Shown here: in pieces, positions 53,290-64,000 of the stretch
Layout of the letters: each line of letters begins with the position of its first letter
Numbering within the stretch: the first letter of the stretch is position 1
Origin: Hydrolagus affinis
Lineage: Eukaryota
DNA length: 64,000 nucleotides
Direction of reading: 5' to 3'
Assembly: GCA_012026655.1 (NCBI GenBank)
Contig: JAAILG010000134.1
Location: 62,001-126,000, forward strand
Notes under the pieces: model-generated
What the model was told of the DNA's origin: nothing
Databases searched by the model: none
What the model saw: only the letters and a program-made list of their open reading frames with translations
Program-made: the position numbers and the translations under genes

Positions 53290-53668
53290 AAGGAATGTTG
53301 GCTAGGACACTAGGGGGGAAAAAAATCCCTTTTCTTTATGAATCCACCTGAGCATGAAGACAGTATCTGTTTAACATTTTCTTAGATTTCTTATGGATAA
53401 AGGACTAAGGGATACGGGGATAAGGCGGGTAGGTGGAGTTAGAATAGATCAGCCATGGGGGGCCAAATGGCCTACTCCTGCTCCTAATTCTTTTTTCTTT
53501 TAAAGTACAGCACCTCTGGCAATGCAGCCACTAACACAGCATTGTAGTAGTGTATCCGCCTAAGATGATTTGAGTTCAAAGTCCAGATGTGAAGCTTGAA
53601 CTAACAACCCATTTTAAGAGGTATCTACTCAAATGCCAGAGTATTACCAATTGAGCCAGGCCGACACT
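53290..53668 (-). mobile_element. Old SacSINE1-like element interrupted by a CR1 3' end (plus strand, about 53382-53495)
   Basis: atgttggctaggacac...atccacctgag, then the CR1 piece gggatacgggga...ggccaaatggcctactcctgctcctaattc, then acagcacctctggcaatgcagc...ccaattgagccaggccgacac. Confidence 0.6.
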
Positions 53669-53724
53669 GTTTCTGAACTCTGCCCAAATAGATTTGATAC
53701 AAGCTTTCAAAAGTTCAGCACTGA

Positions 53725-54268
53725 ATTTATACCCCCCAGCCCCTTCTCACCTCAGGCACTGGCAACATCCAGAACCCCTTACACACACATTTGTCACTTC
53801 AAGGCTCGACTACGGCAACTCCCTCCTTGTCAGCCTCCCAATCTTCCCTCCACACGCTGCAGATCATCCAAAACTCTGCAGCTCATGTCCTCTCCCGCAC
53901 CAGGCTCCATCACCCTCACCCTCGCCCCATCCAGGCTCCCCATTCCTAAGAGGATCAAATTCAAGATCCTCGTCCTCACATTTAAGGCTTTCCATGGCCT
54001 TACCTCCTATCAACTTGTCCATTCCCTCCGTTCAGCAGGCTCCAGCCTGCTCCATGTTTCCCACCCGAACCAGCCCTCCCTTGCCTCTTTTCAAGACCGG
54101 TCTCAAGACCCTCCTCTTCGACCATGCCTTCAGCTGCCTTCCTACCTCTTAGCCCTACCTCGTCCCTACCCTGCCCCCATGCTCGGGTCCTGACCCCTGA
54201 CTGTTCAGCCTCTTAGGATGTCCTCCAGACTTGAAAAGTGCTCTACAAATGTAATTTTTTTGTTGTAG
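53725..54268 (+). mobile_element. L2 LINE 3' region
   Basis: Translations HTFVTSRLDYGNSLL, LPIPKRIKFKILVLTFKAFHGL and FKTGLKTLLFDHAF; tail gtgctctacaaatgtaatttt. Confidence 0.9.
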
Positions 54269-54749
54269 ATTCAATCCAAATAATCATCAACAATTTCATC
54301 AGGCAGCACAGATTACAATATTCTGTAATCTCAAATCTGCAAACAAATCCTAAAATCCTAAAATAAATCCTAATCCTAAAATTTCCTGCAGATCAATTTA
54401 TGATAACACTGAAGAGATATTCATGAATAATGTAGGATTTAATACATCACTGGATATTTTGTTTGTACTGTAAATGGACACTGGATTCACAAAAGATGTT
54501 CAACAAATCCTTCTCTATTTCAAAAGAAGAGCCGGGAAAATACAAATGCCACACAGTTCTCAAGATAATCATGTACAAGTGAGACAATGATGTTTGCTAA
54601 GCGTACGAGAAAAACAAATGCCAAATTCTGTTTCATAAAGTCACTGTTCCTTTCATAGTCATGAAAGAATGGATTGCGCAATGTGTTGTGACTATCCTTT
54701 TACTTCTGACATCTGGGATCGCATTGAAACCAGACAGTTACAATACTAG

Positions 54750-54810
54750 AAACAGAAGTTGCTGGGGAAAATCAGCAGGTCAGGCAGCATCCATGGAGAA
54801 ATACTAGAGA
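54750..54810. mobile_element. Short Penelope-like terminal fragment flanked by 11-bp direct repeats
   Basis: aaacagaagttgctggggaaaatcagcaggtcaggcagcatccatggaga resembles a recalled chondrichthyan Penelope-type terminus; TACAATACTAG at 54739-54749 and 54811-54821. Confidence 0.55.
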
Positions 54811-57409
54811 TACAATACTAGCCTTTTTTTGCTCCACCAGCAACTATGGGTGACAGACAATATAAAACTGGCTCATTTTAGCCAGTTTCTCAGGTACAAG
54901 CCAAGGTTGCCTTTAATTGTTGTGCTAATGTGGCCATCTCATTCCAAGAAGCCACTTCACATGATAGTGCTGTCAAAGAAGAAGTAAACATGGGTCCTCC
55001 TCTGAACTAGGACCCTGTCCAAAGCCCCATCACTATGGAACTTCAGGAAAGTCTTCAATATGAATTATTCCCGACAGTTCAAGGAAACGCCCATCTAAAA
55101 ACTTTAGGAATGCATTGAAAATACTCCTTTTATGGGCTGATCAGACACAGGCCGCACTCTCAACGTCATTTATTTCAATAAGCTACCACAAAATATGCCA
55201 GCAATATCTGATACCATCACTGTGCCCTAATCTCATCCCTCAGCCTTTGCAAATAAAACTACAAAATGTTTTCAGATGAAAAGCTGTTGCATACTTGGGA
55301 GTGCAGTGGCAGAAATGTCTCATTATCTGGATATATGGAATGTTAATAAAGACTGAATGACAGACATTGAAAAAAATATCAGCAGTGCAAACATTACGCA
55401 CCAGTACTTTAGTTGATTTCGAAACGCTGTTTCTCTCTTAACCAGGGAGTCAGATCTTAAATACTGTAATATTGTTTACACCTGGTTGGCTTACCTTCTT
55501 GAAGTCAGTGGTATTCCCCATTTTAGCCATAAAAATTATTTGAAACAAATTGCTCTTTACTGGCCAAGCTAAATGACTGTAGTAAACATGAAAGAGTATC
55601 CAACAACAACAAAAATGGTCTTCTGTAGATATTTTTATTTTATATTTTAGTATCTTAGTGATGCAAAAGAAAAAATGTCACCAATTTGCAGGCGTATAGA
55701 AGGTCACTCAGTTCCAGCAATATAAGCAAGTGAATTCCATGCAACCCGATTTCATAGCTTCATCCACTGGGCTATGATATCAGGAATCAGCAAAAATGGG
55801 GCATTAGTATGTAGAATACAATAGAAGAGAAGCTGTTCGGTTGTAAAATGGAAAGCCAAGTTCCGAGATAGATTGTCTCATTACAAAAGGTTATAGAGCG
55901 AAGATGATTTTCTTGTACATAACATTGCAAGCCAAGAGGTTATTCCTGTTTATCAGGTTGTTGTTCATTCATAGGCCATAAACTCACTGTGAGAGATGTA
56001 ATTTTCCAATGCTTTGCATTTCAGTAACCTCATCATGTTTAGTGCCAAAATGTTATGCTTATCACGAGAAAATTGTTTATGTTCTACCAGGCTCAAATGG
56101 GAATTAAGCATGATTCAACAGTGGATTGGACTTGCAGCTAGAAGTTCGGAAATGGTTCCTAATATAAGATCCAATCAGGGTTTTTTCAGGTGATTCAACA
56201 TTTCTTTTTTTTCAGAATCCGGTATAAGAAGCAATTACAGTTAACACTTTTTTTTTAGGATTTTCACATCCTAAGATATGAAGCAGTTCAAAATAGCTGC
56301 TAAGTTTTTTTTAATTGTTCCATCAAATCCTCTATTGAGTGTACATCTGTATTCCCTAGCATTGGCCATTTCTAAACTGCATCAGATCCCTAGCGATCAT
56401 ATCCTGGCCTACATTATTGAGTTCAGGTTTGCGCTTGAACAAAAGGATTTTTCAAAGTCCATACAACTTTTGAGTTGCTCATACAACTTTTAGACCTTTT
56501 CCTTTAATCAATCTGTGAAGAAAAGCCAATTTCCAAAACAAGTGTGAGGTCAAAGCCAAAGTGAACGATTTCTTATAGCAGTGAGACGCCATTCATTTTA
56601 TAATGGTTTACAAATGTTAAATAGATTAGAGCTACAGTATTAGTAAAGCTCTTGGATGTAGACATTCTCTTCAATTCTGGAGTCATTCTTTGCATAATAT
56701 CGGTCATATCCATGTACCATCAGCAAACTGATGTACTGAAGGAACATTTAATCATTGAAAAATCTATACACGCTCATTAATTATGTCAAGCATTGCTTGA
56801 GTAGAGTATGTAATGACATGGTTTTATTGAAACATAAATTTGCAACTCCAACTAAATTTATGATGCAATGCTCGTCTCAGGTTGTAAACTCCAGTTTCAC
56901 TCAGCTAGGAATGGTTCCTGTTTGCTCTGATGGTTTATCTGGGCAATTTAATCTCTCCTTAAACTCCTACCTTCTTCCATGATTGGATGCAAGTTACAAG
57001 ACAGCAGACAAGCATTCTTCAGTCTGGTTTTGGATGCGTCACAGAAGAAAAGTGGGCAGGTAGGTTAATCTACATTAAGTCATTGCTTAACTTGGCCCAT
57101 GAGTATTTGTTGTTACCGACTATAAATATAATGGCAATAATGTTTCATTTCATAAAATTATCTGTGTTATTTTCTCAAACATCTTCTGAACAACCTGAAA
57201 ATTTAATAACAATCTGAACAAAGTGTGCCAATATCTTTCTGAGAAGATCATAAGAGCATTTGATAAAGTATTCGATTTCATCCTTCCAGAAAAACCAACC
57301 CACCATCCTCTCATTATAGCATCAAGTCATCCTATAAGATTTGTTAAAAGATAAGTTTATCAACTCTCTCCAAATCCAATTAGACCATTGCTTCAATACA
57401 CCCCTTCAC

Positions 57410-57594
57410 CTTGAACATGCTCCGACATTTTTGTCTCTTCCGAGATAACACAAAATAGTCTGCAATCTGTTAATTGAGGTTTTCAATGTCGAATCACTTG
57501 GGAATCTGTACACTGCCTCAGGAAGCCATTTCTCAAAGGAATTTTGTACAATTTGTGGGTGGAATACTGGTTCGAGAGGAATGGACATATATGG
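57410..57594 (-). CDS. Putative internal coding exon (185 bp, phase 0 to 2): PYMSIPLEPVFHPQIVQNSFEKWLPEAVYRFPSDSTLKTSINRLQTILCYLGRDKNVGACS(R)
   Basis: Acceptor aatcatgttttcAG and donor AAG|gtgaag; open frame across the whole exon; 4 retained CpGs; protein-like composition. Confidence 0.55.
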
Positions 57595-59634
57595 CTGAAA
57601 ACATGATTTGTTCTAAGGCTCCATCAAGCTACAATTAATTATTTCAGAAAGTTTTATTCTAAAAGTAGTAAATTTCATCTATTTGTCTTGGGGTTAGACA
57701 ACATCAAGAGATGATAGTATACTGCCCACCATAGGTAGACGGGCTGTTAACCCTTCTCTTTTCTCTGGTACGCCATACCAGAGTATGGTGGGGGGGTAGG
57801 GGGGTGTCTGCCCCCCACCCCCACTTTCAAAGCACATCTCAAAATATGCCTCTGATCGCTTTTTCAGTCTGATTACCACCTCGCCACCTCTCTCAGCTTA
57901 CACCTCCAGATCAGGTACCTGTCCAGCAATAAATGCTTTGATACATTGTACTTACATGAAAGCATATTTACACTATATAAAAGTAAATTGTATACCACAT
58001 CTTCACCTTCACTTGTTGATAGATTACTCCTTCCATTTACTTGAAATATTGCACTCACAAACCTTTCCACCTCCCACCTTTACTTCCAATATTAGGAGGG
58101 CTGTTAAACTTTCGTTTAATTGAGGTTCTCCCCATTCGGCCTATGATCAATCCAATTCTCCACGGTTGCCTTTACATTTTATGAAAAATATCAGTCAACC
58201 TCTGTGTACATTGTTTGAACCCGCAGTAAAGAATTTTTTTTAAAAGTCAGGTATGCATTTTTATATTGGCCATTCACAACTTGTGTACTGATGGTTCGTG
58301 GAAAAATGCATGCAAGGATAACATGACCCCTTTAAAAGGTAATTAATAGAAAGTAGATATTTCAAACTGGTAGTGAGGTACAGATGTACTCGTCTGGAGC
58401 CAAGCAACAAATGGGCAGCTAGAAGCTTCTGTGTGCTGCTCAGTGCTCGCAGTTTGAAATCTGGGGAAGTAGGGAGATCGAATGCTTGCCCCCAGCCCCC
58501 ACACTTCATTTCCATAAAATTGAAGAGTTGTGTGCCTCTGTCAGTCACTTTAGTATTTCCATAGCTGAAACTTGTTCTACGATGGATACGGCTCATTAAT
58601 CAACATTTGAAACCATTATTACACTGTCAGGTGGGACATAAAACAGCTGCAATTAAGGAATCTGGAACACTTTTGTTCTGCTACAGCGCAGCATGACCTT
58701 ATGTTGGATCATATTGAGCATTGTGAGTAGTCAATTGACATTGCACTCTGGTGCATAAGAGATGTTTTACTTAAAATTGACACAATACTATCCAAAAACG
58801 GGATAATGGTTTTTGAAAGGGAATGTAAATCGAGTTCCCAAACTGAAATTATATTCCTCATCGTGGTGCCCCTGAGCAAACAGGGAATGTCTGCACAATC
58901 TCCCCTGGAATGTGTGTGTGTGTAAAAAAAATCAGAAGGTCAATAATTCTGTTGCAGAATCTCTAATTAACATATTCCACCCCTTTCGCATTGCTCTCAA
59001 AACATTTGCCATTAATGTACCTAACTCCCACCGGTTAGTATTTGATCCTCCCAAGTACAACAGGGTTTTTGGGGGGAACAAAACAATTCATGGCTTGCAA
59101 GCCAGTTTTTACTGTGTTAAGTTACTTGTAAGTAAAACAAATCACAGAAGCACTGTGGTTATCCTATCTCACCGAGTTATGCATTCAAAACAAGACATGC
59201 TCCCTTCCTAATTATTGGGTGGGAGATGAGAGAATTTGTGTAAGAACTGGGTTTCAGGATGGAGAATAGCAAATCTATTCTGACACACCAAATTTCCTCT
59301 CGGCATGCATGTAACTAATGATCTGGTAAATATTTTAAACAATTAGTATTCTCTATTTGGCATATGGGATCAATTCTTCTCAGAGGGATTAGAATTGAAA
59401 TTCAAAAATGTTGACATGCTTGAGATAAAGAGGAAAATTGGAAAAATTTGTCTGAAATTATGATTTAGCAACTGCTGGAGAAAATTCCCTGATGAGATTT
59501 CCTGCACTGTGGCACACATAGCATGAGGTAAAAGAGCAGAAAGATGTAAAGGGTTGCAACTCTGCAGACTGGACAGGAGGTAGACTGAGACGATCAGTCA
59601 ATGAAACATCATAAAGCAATGTTCTAGTCAAATT

Positions 59635-59850
59635 AATAAATAATAATAATACTTATATTTAATATAGTATCTTAACATGCTGTTGAGATGCCACAAAGCG
59701 CATCAGGGAATATACAATTATATGTAGTGACTCTGTGTTATGTGGATGAAACGGTGCAGCCAATTGCGCACAGCAATATCCCACAAACAGTTGTAGATTG
59801 AGGAACCAAAATTTATTTATTTATTCATTTGTTTGGAGGGATTGTTACCC
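59635..59850 (-). mobile_element. Degenerate Deu SINE 3' half
   Basis: (TAA)n tail and gcagccaattgcgcacagcaatatcccacaaacag. Confidence 0.75.
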
Positions 59851-60646
59851 ACTGGAAAACAATCCACCAATTGACTAACAACCGAATAAAAAATAAATAA
59901 TTAATAAACCAAGTAACATTATTATTTAATCACAAATAATTAAATAATTATTTTAAAATGCAGAACGGGTCTCCAAGTTGCAGTTAAATGACTATCATGA
60001 AATGAGCTACCATCACCATTATTAACTCATTGTCATTTACTTCCCAGTTTCTGGATAATCAGATACCGTACATTGAAATCAGTGGAGAAGATAGGTGTTT
60101 GCAGCAGCAACACAAAACTGCAGAACAAAAACAGGCCATTCACCCAACCTGTCCATGCCGATGTTGAATTATGACTGGGTTAGGTAACCTGCTGTACTTC
60201 TCCCCATGTAAGCTTCCACAAGCTTCCTCCCCTACCAATCCTCAATTTCCGTTTAATTTACACACTAATGCATTCTCATTCAACAAAACAAAAACTTGGA
60301 GGAACCATTTTACTGGGAACACAACATCACTAATTTAGCACTAATTAGCTGGACAAGCAGCAGGTAGTTTGCCAATATTTGCTACAGCAAACTGGCTGAA
60401 CTCCAGGAGTTAACTGGGTACTGCAGCAATTGGTAACTAGTCATTAGACAGTTGTTACAGCAATTCCAACAGTTACAAAACCATCCATTAGTTAAAGCCA
60501 GTTTTTTTTAAAAAAAGGTTAAACTAAGGTTGTCCAATCATATTTATCACACAAATGAGGGAGTCTGAATATTTTACAGGCTATGCAGTCACATATATTG
60601 TGTAGGTTTTCCGATCTATAAGTCAGGTATCTTGCCTCACTAAATC

Positions 60647-60735
60647 TCAATGCATCATATTTGAGCCATTGAACTTCAAAGCATCATATTTAACAGTTGA
60701 AACTCAATGCATCATATCTAACTATTAAACTTCAT
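60647..60735 (+). repeat. Degenerate minisatellite, 3 units of 28-29 bp
   Basis: TCAA(T/A)GCATCATAT begins units at 60647, 60676 and 60704. Confidence 0.75.
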
Positions 60736-61309
60736 TGTTCTCCACTTGTTTCATCTATTAAAGGTTTTCTTCATATACAGTACTGTGTTTTCAAACAGAA
60801 TATAACTCAAGGATACATCTCCTTACATGGGGAGAAGTACAGCAGGTTACCTAACCCAGTCATAATGATTTTATCATTTAACTTCATCATACAACTGAAA
60901 ACAAAGTCATCACCAAGTCCAACAATGCTGCAGGTTCAGGAAGAAAAATGCAAGGCAGCTCAAAGTTCTATGAATAATTAAAAAGGATGCACTTTTACAT
61001 TATACTACAAGTGTGGCAGGGAACATACAAATTAGAATTGTCAGCATCAACCACGAGCAACGTGATTAGTATTTCAAAAGAGAACAAGAAATCACAATGT
61101 ATTTAAATCTGTGGAGCCCTTGCAGTGAGATATATCAAAGGACTTATGTTTTCAATCAAAATAATGAACTTTTACTCCAAATAAGAGACTTGCCAACTTT
61201 GATATCAGCTTACAGTTCTGATTTTAATACTGAGTTGTGCTTCCAGACTCGACACTCGTTGTCCTGAATTCATCTGAAATTGATCAGAGAAGTTCACTCT
61301 ATCTGCTGC

Positions 61310-61540
61310 CTCCAGGGACTGAGTGTGAAATGAGTTAGCAGTTCCTAGCAGGCAAGTACAGGGCTACATACAAATTCTAGGAGCAAATTGCCAATCTCAA
61401 GAAAGCAATCTCACCATACAAGAGGCCAAAGGATGGCCCGTGCAAACCATGCTAATGCCTTAGGGGAGGCTACTGAAAGACACATTGTTGAGCCGAAGAA
61501 CCTGATGTTGCATCAACCTCTGCTGCACCTGAGCTAGAAG
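61310..61540 (+). mobile_element. Possible LF-SINE-related ancient retroposon remnant
   Basis: gtgtgaaatgagtt...cagttcctag, gaggccaaagga, cacattg and gctgcacctg occur in the order recalled for the LF-SINE consensus. Confidence 0.35.
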
Positions 61541-62729
61541 TTTTGATTAACAATGGGCACCAACATTGGAATGGAGATTAATTTCCCAACACAGACATCA
61601 AATTAAATTTACCAAAAGAACAAATTCTAAAGTAGAAAATGTGATCAGTCATATACTTTCAGTGCTCCAGTATTGATCAATGCGTGTGTATTTTGTGCAA
61701 TGTTATATAGCAGTTTCAAAGTACGAAAGTGTCCTGGCCAACAACCCCTCAGATCAGTGGTCCAACAGGTCTAATTTATCCCTCCCTCCATTTCATCTGG
61801 CTCACCCATTCCATAACCCAGAAATATCAGATTTTTGGATGGGAAACATAAAAATATTGCTTATGTGACCCAAGGACATTTGTAAAATAGGGCATCCTGC
61901 CCTCAGCAGTCAAAAGTTGGATTATCCTGCCTCAAACAAATTGGTCAATCATTCCATGGCTGCTTGTAGCACATCACTGAGCCCAAATTGGCTACCACAT
62001 CTGCCCACATACACATTTTACAGCAATTACTAATGATGTGCTTTTGATGTCATAGATGCTCTATCAAATGCAGTTTATTTTATATTTACAGAACCAAGAC
62101 AAGCTAAGGACAAAGGCACCTTGAAAAGTTTAATTGAGAAATCCAAAAGTATTCCTCGCATTGACATAGGAGGAAAAAGCAAAAGAAACAAGCAAGGTAA
62201 ACTTTCTGTGAGAGCTCATTCTTCCATTTGAAATTCTGGATGGCTGAGGACTCCCCCAAGACCTGGCTGACATATGTATTTCTCCTCTCAAGCCTTTCTA
62301 TTTAGCCATTTGTTCCTCTTGGCCTCTTCCTCACATTTGTACTCACTTAGACTTAGGTTGTTTGGCAAGAGTTACTCCTCCATATGTGGGCACAGAGGCA
62401 GGACAAAGAAATAATCTTGTATTGTGATTTTATACGCCTCTGGACATGGTCACAGGCAGCAATGTTGAAGTTTACTGCTTCCTTTCTTTGTATTAATAAA
62501 CAACTCAAGACTGCAATGATTCACCACCATCAGCAGGTTTCAAATGGATTACTAGAAAGACTGTCCTTGCAGGTAACATTGCACTATATGAACTTTACTC
62601 TTTACATTAAGTATAGTGGGAATCTCGCCAACAGAAGGAAACAGCATTAGAGAGACCAAGGTTCTGTTTACAAACTCTCCTACAAATTGAACGCCCTATA
62701 CTTCCCACCCAATGCACTTTCTAACAGTG

Positions 62730-62977
62730 ATAATCCTTGCATTTGATACAGCACTTTTAACATCTTCTAGACGTCTAAAAGTGCTTCATAGAATATACTG
62801 TAAAGTGAACAGACTGTATTTTATGGTGGGCACCACCATCCCCCACCATGCTCAGGTCCTGACCCCTGACTATTCAACACATTGGGATGTCTTCCCGACG
62901 TGAAAGGCACTCTACAAATGAAATTTTGTGGATGTTGTTGCAAGGCAAATGCTCTCACTACTGAGCTACAGGACTCC
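62730..62977. mobile_element. Chimeric repeat: SINE tail (minus), L2 3' end (plus), SINE head (minus)
   Basis: About 62730-62832 taatccttgcatttgatacagc...; about 62833-62938 ...gtgaaaggcactctacaaatg; about 62938-62977 ttgcaaggcaaatgctctcactactgagctacaggactc. Confidence 0.8.
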
Positions 62978-63276
62978 AAAAAACTTATAGGATTCCAAAG
63001 ATTCTCCTTCTCTCAACTTGCTTTGCATCACATATCATGAGCCAGGATATTGTGGATACACAAAATTGCTCCGAGGCCCTTTGTGTTATCATTACCAACG
63101 ACAACGAGATGTATTGAATGAATTAGCGGAGTCTCAGATTGTATCCCTTTTCACTTCAGCTAAACAAACACAATCATTTTTTTTCGTAAATGTCTTGGTT
63201 ATTTCTGAAAGGAACCATTCTCCAGTCTGAACAGGATATGGTTAACATGACAGAAAGACAGATGTGCGCACACGCG

Positions 63277-63300
63277 CACACACACACACACACACACACA
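63277..63300 (+). repeat. (CA)12 microsatellite
   Basis: Read directly from the sequence. Confidence 0.95.
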
Positions 63301-64000
63301 AACTTTTTAATAAGACAGTAAGAATACAAAGTTGAAATAATATTGAACAAATGTCATCATGAATTCTGAAGCACAATAATAAAGAATACAGAGCTTACTC
63401 ATAATACTCTGAACCTTTACATAAAAAAATTCAAACTACAGTACAGTATTACACTTTGATTGAACAGCTATTTAACATTTTATCCTATTTTGTACAAATG
63501 AGGTCAAAGGTGCAGCCGAATTCCTATTAAACAGGCAGTAAAAAAAAATCCTCAGCCAAGTCAGACTGCAAATTATGACATACGTTAGTTCAAAGGGGGC
63601 ACAAGTTCAAAAGATGAACAACTTTCCTTGACCTTCGATACATTTATAAAACTTCTGAAACAGAATAACCAGCAAATTTATTTCAATGCAACTCGCTGTC
63701 TGTCTAAAATAAAGAGTTTTAGAAAATGGCATTTATTTAAGATTTGCACATAGACGACGGCCAAAGTTATTTGAAAACTGAAAACCATACTGAAGGTTAG
63801 TAAAAAAAAATGGAGAGGATGACAGGAAAATATACCCAGTATCAATTTGCTCCACAGTATAAATATAAAACATTGTGGTATTGTATGAATACAGCAGAGT
63901 AATAGCTGAATATGAGATGCATCACAATGAAAGGGAAAGTGAGCCAGCCAATTTGAAATATGGAGCATTACCAAGCTAGAGACACTGCACGAGGCACAGC

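Noticed and set aside
53633-54193. 186-aa and 152-aa ORFs (also 34184-34744)
   Set aside because: Frameshifted L2 ORF2 remnants
55495-55568. 74-bp minus-strand exon candidate with strong donor AAG|gtaagc
   Set aside because: Contains a stop in the phase required after the 57410 exon; the acceptor is weak
60647-60735. CRISPR-like repeat array
   Set aside because: Only three short degenerate tandem units with similar intervening sequence, in eukaryotic DNA with no cas genes

Overview
AT-rich, CpG-depleted vertebrate genomic DNA with one assembly gap (18403-18646); no prokaryotic features are present. The repeats are tRNA-headed Deu-domain SINEs with an L2-type 3' tail, L2 and CR1 LINE remnants, and a Penelope-like fragment. 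They point to a cartilaginous fish, probably a chimaera such as Callorhinchus milii; this is an inference from recalled repeat consensus sequences, not a database hit. Most of the window appears intronic. A minus-strand multi-exon protein-coding gene that I could not identify is suggested by a terminal coding exon at 7368-7615 with AATAAA downstream and an internal exon at 57410-57594. A phase-compatible candidate exon at 50754-50881 could link the two. Clear structural features are a TA-flanked pogo/Tc2-type MITE (18035-18770), a hAT-type MITE with a perfect 8-bp TSD (42615-42946), two long fold-back inverted repeats (22540-22826, 38741-39163), several nested or chimeric retroposon insertions and rearranged SINE copies. 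Nearly all ORFs in the supplied track are spurious or LINE-derived. I found no convincing novel multi-gene system.
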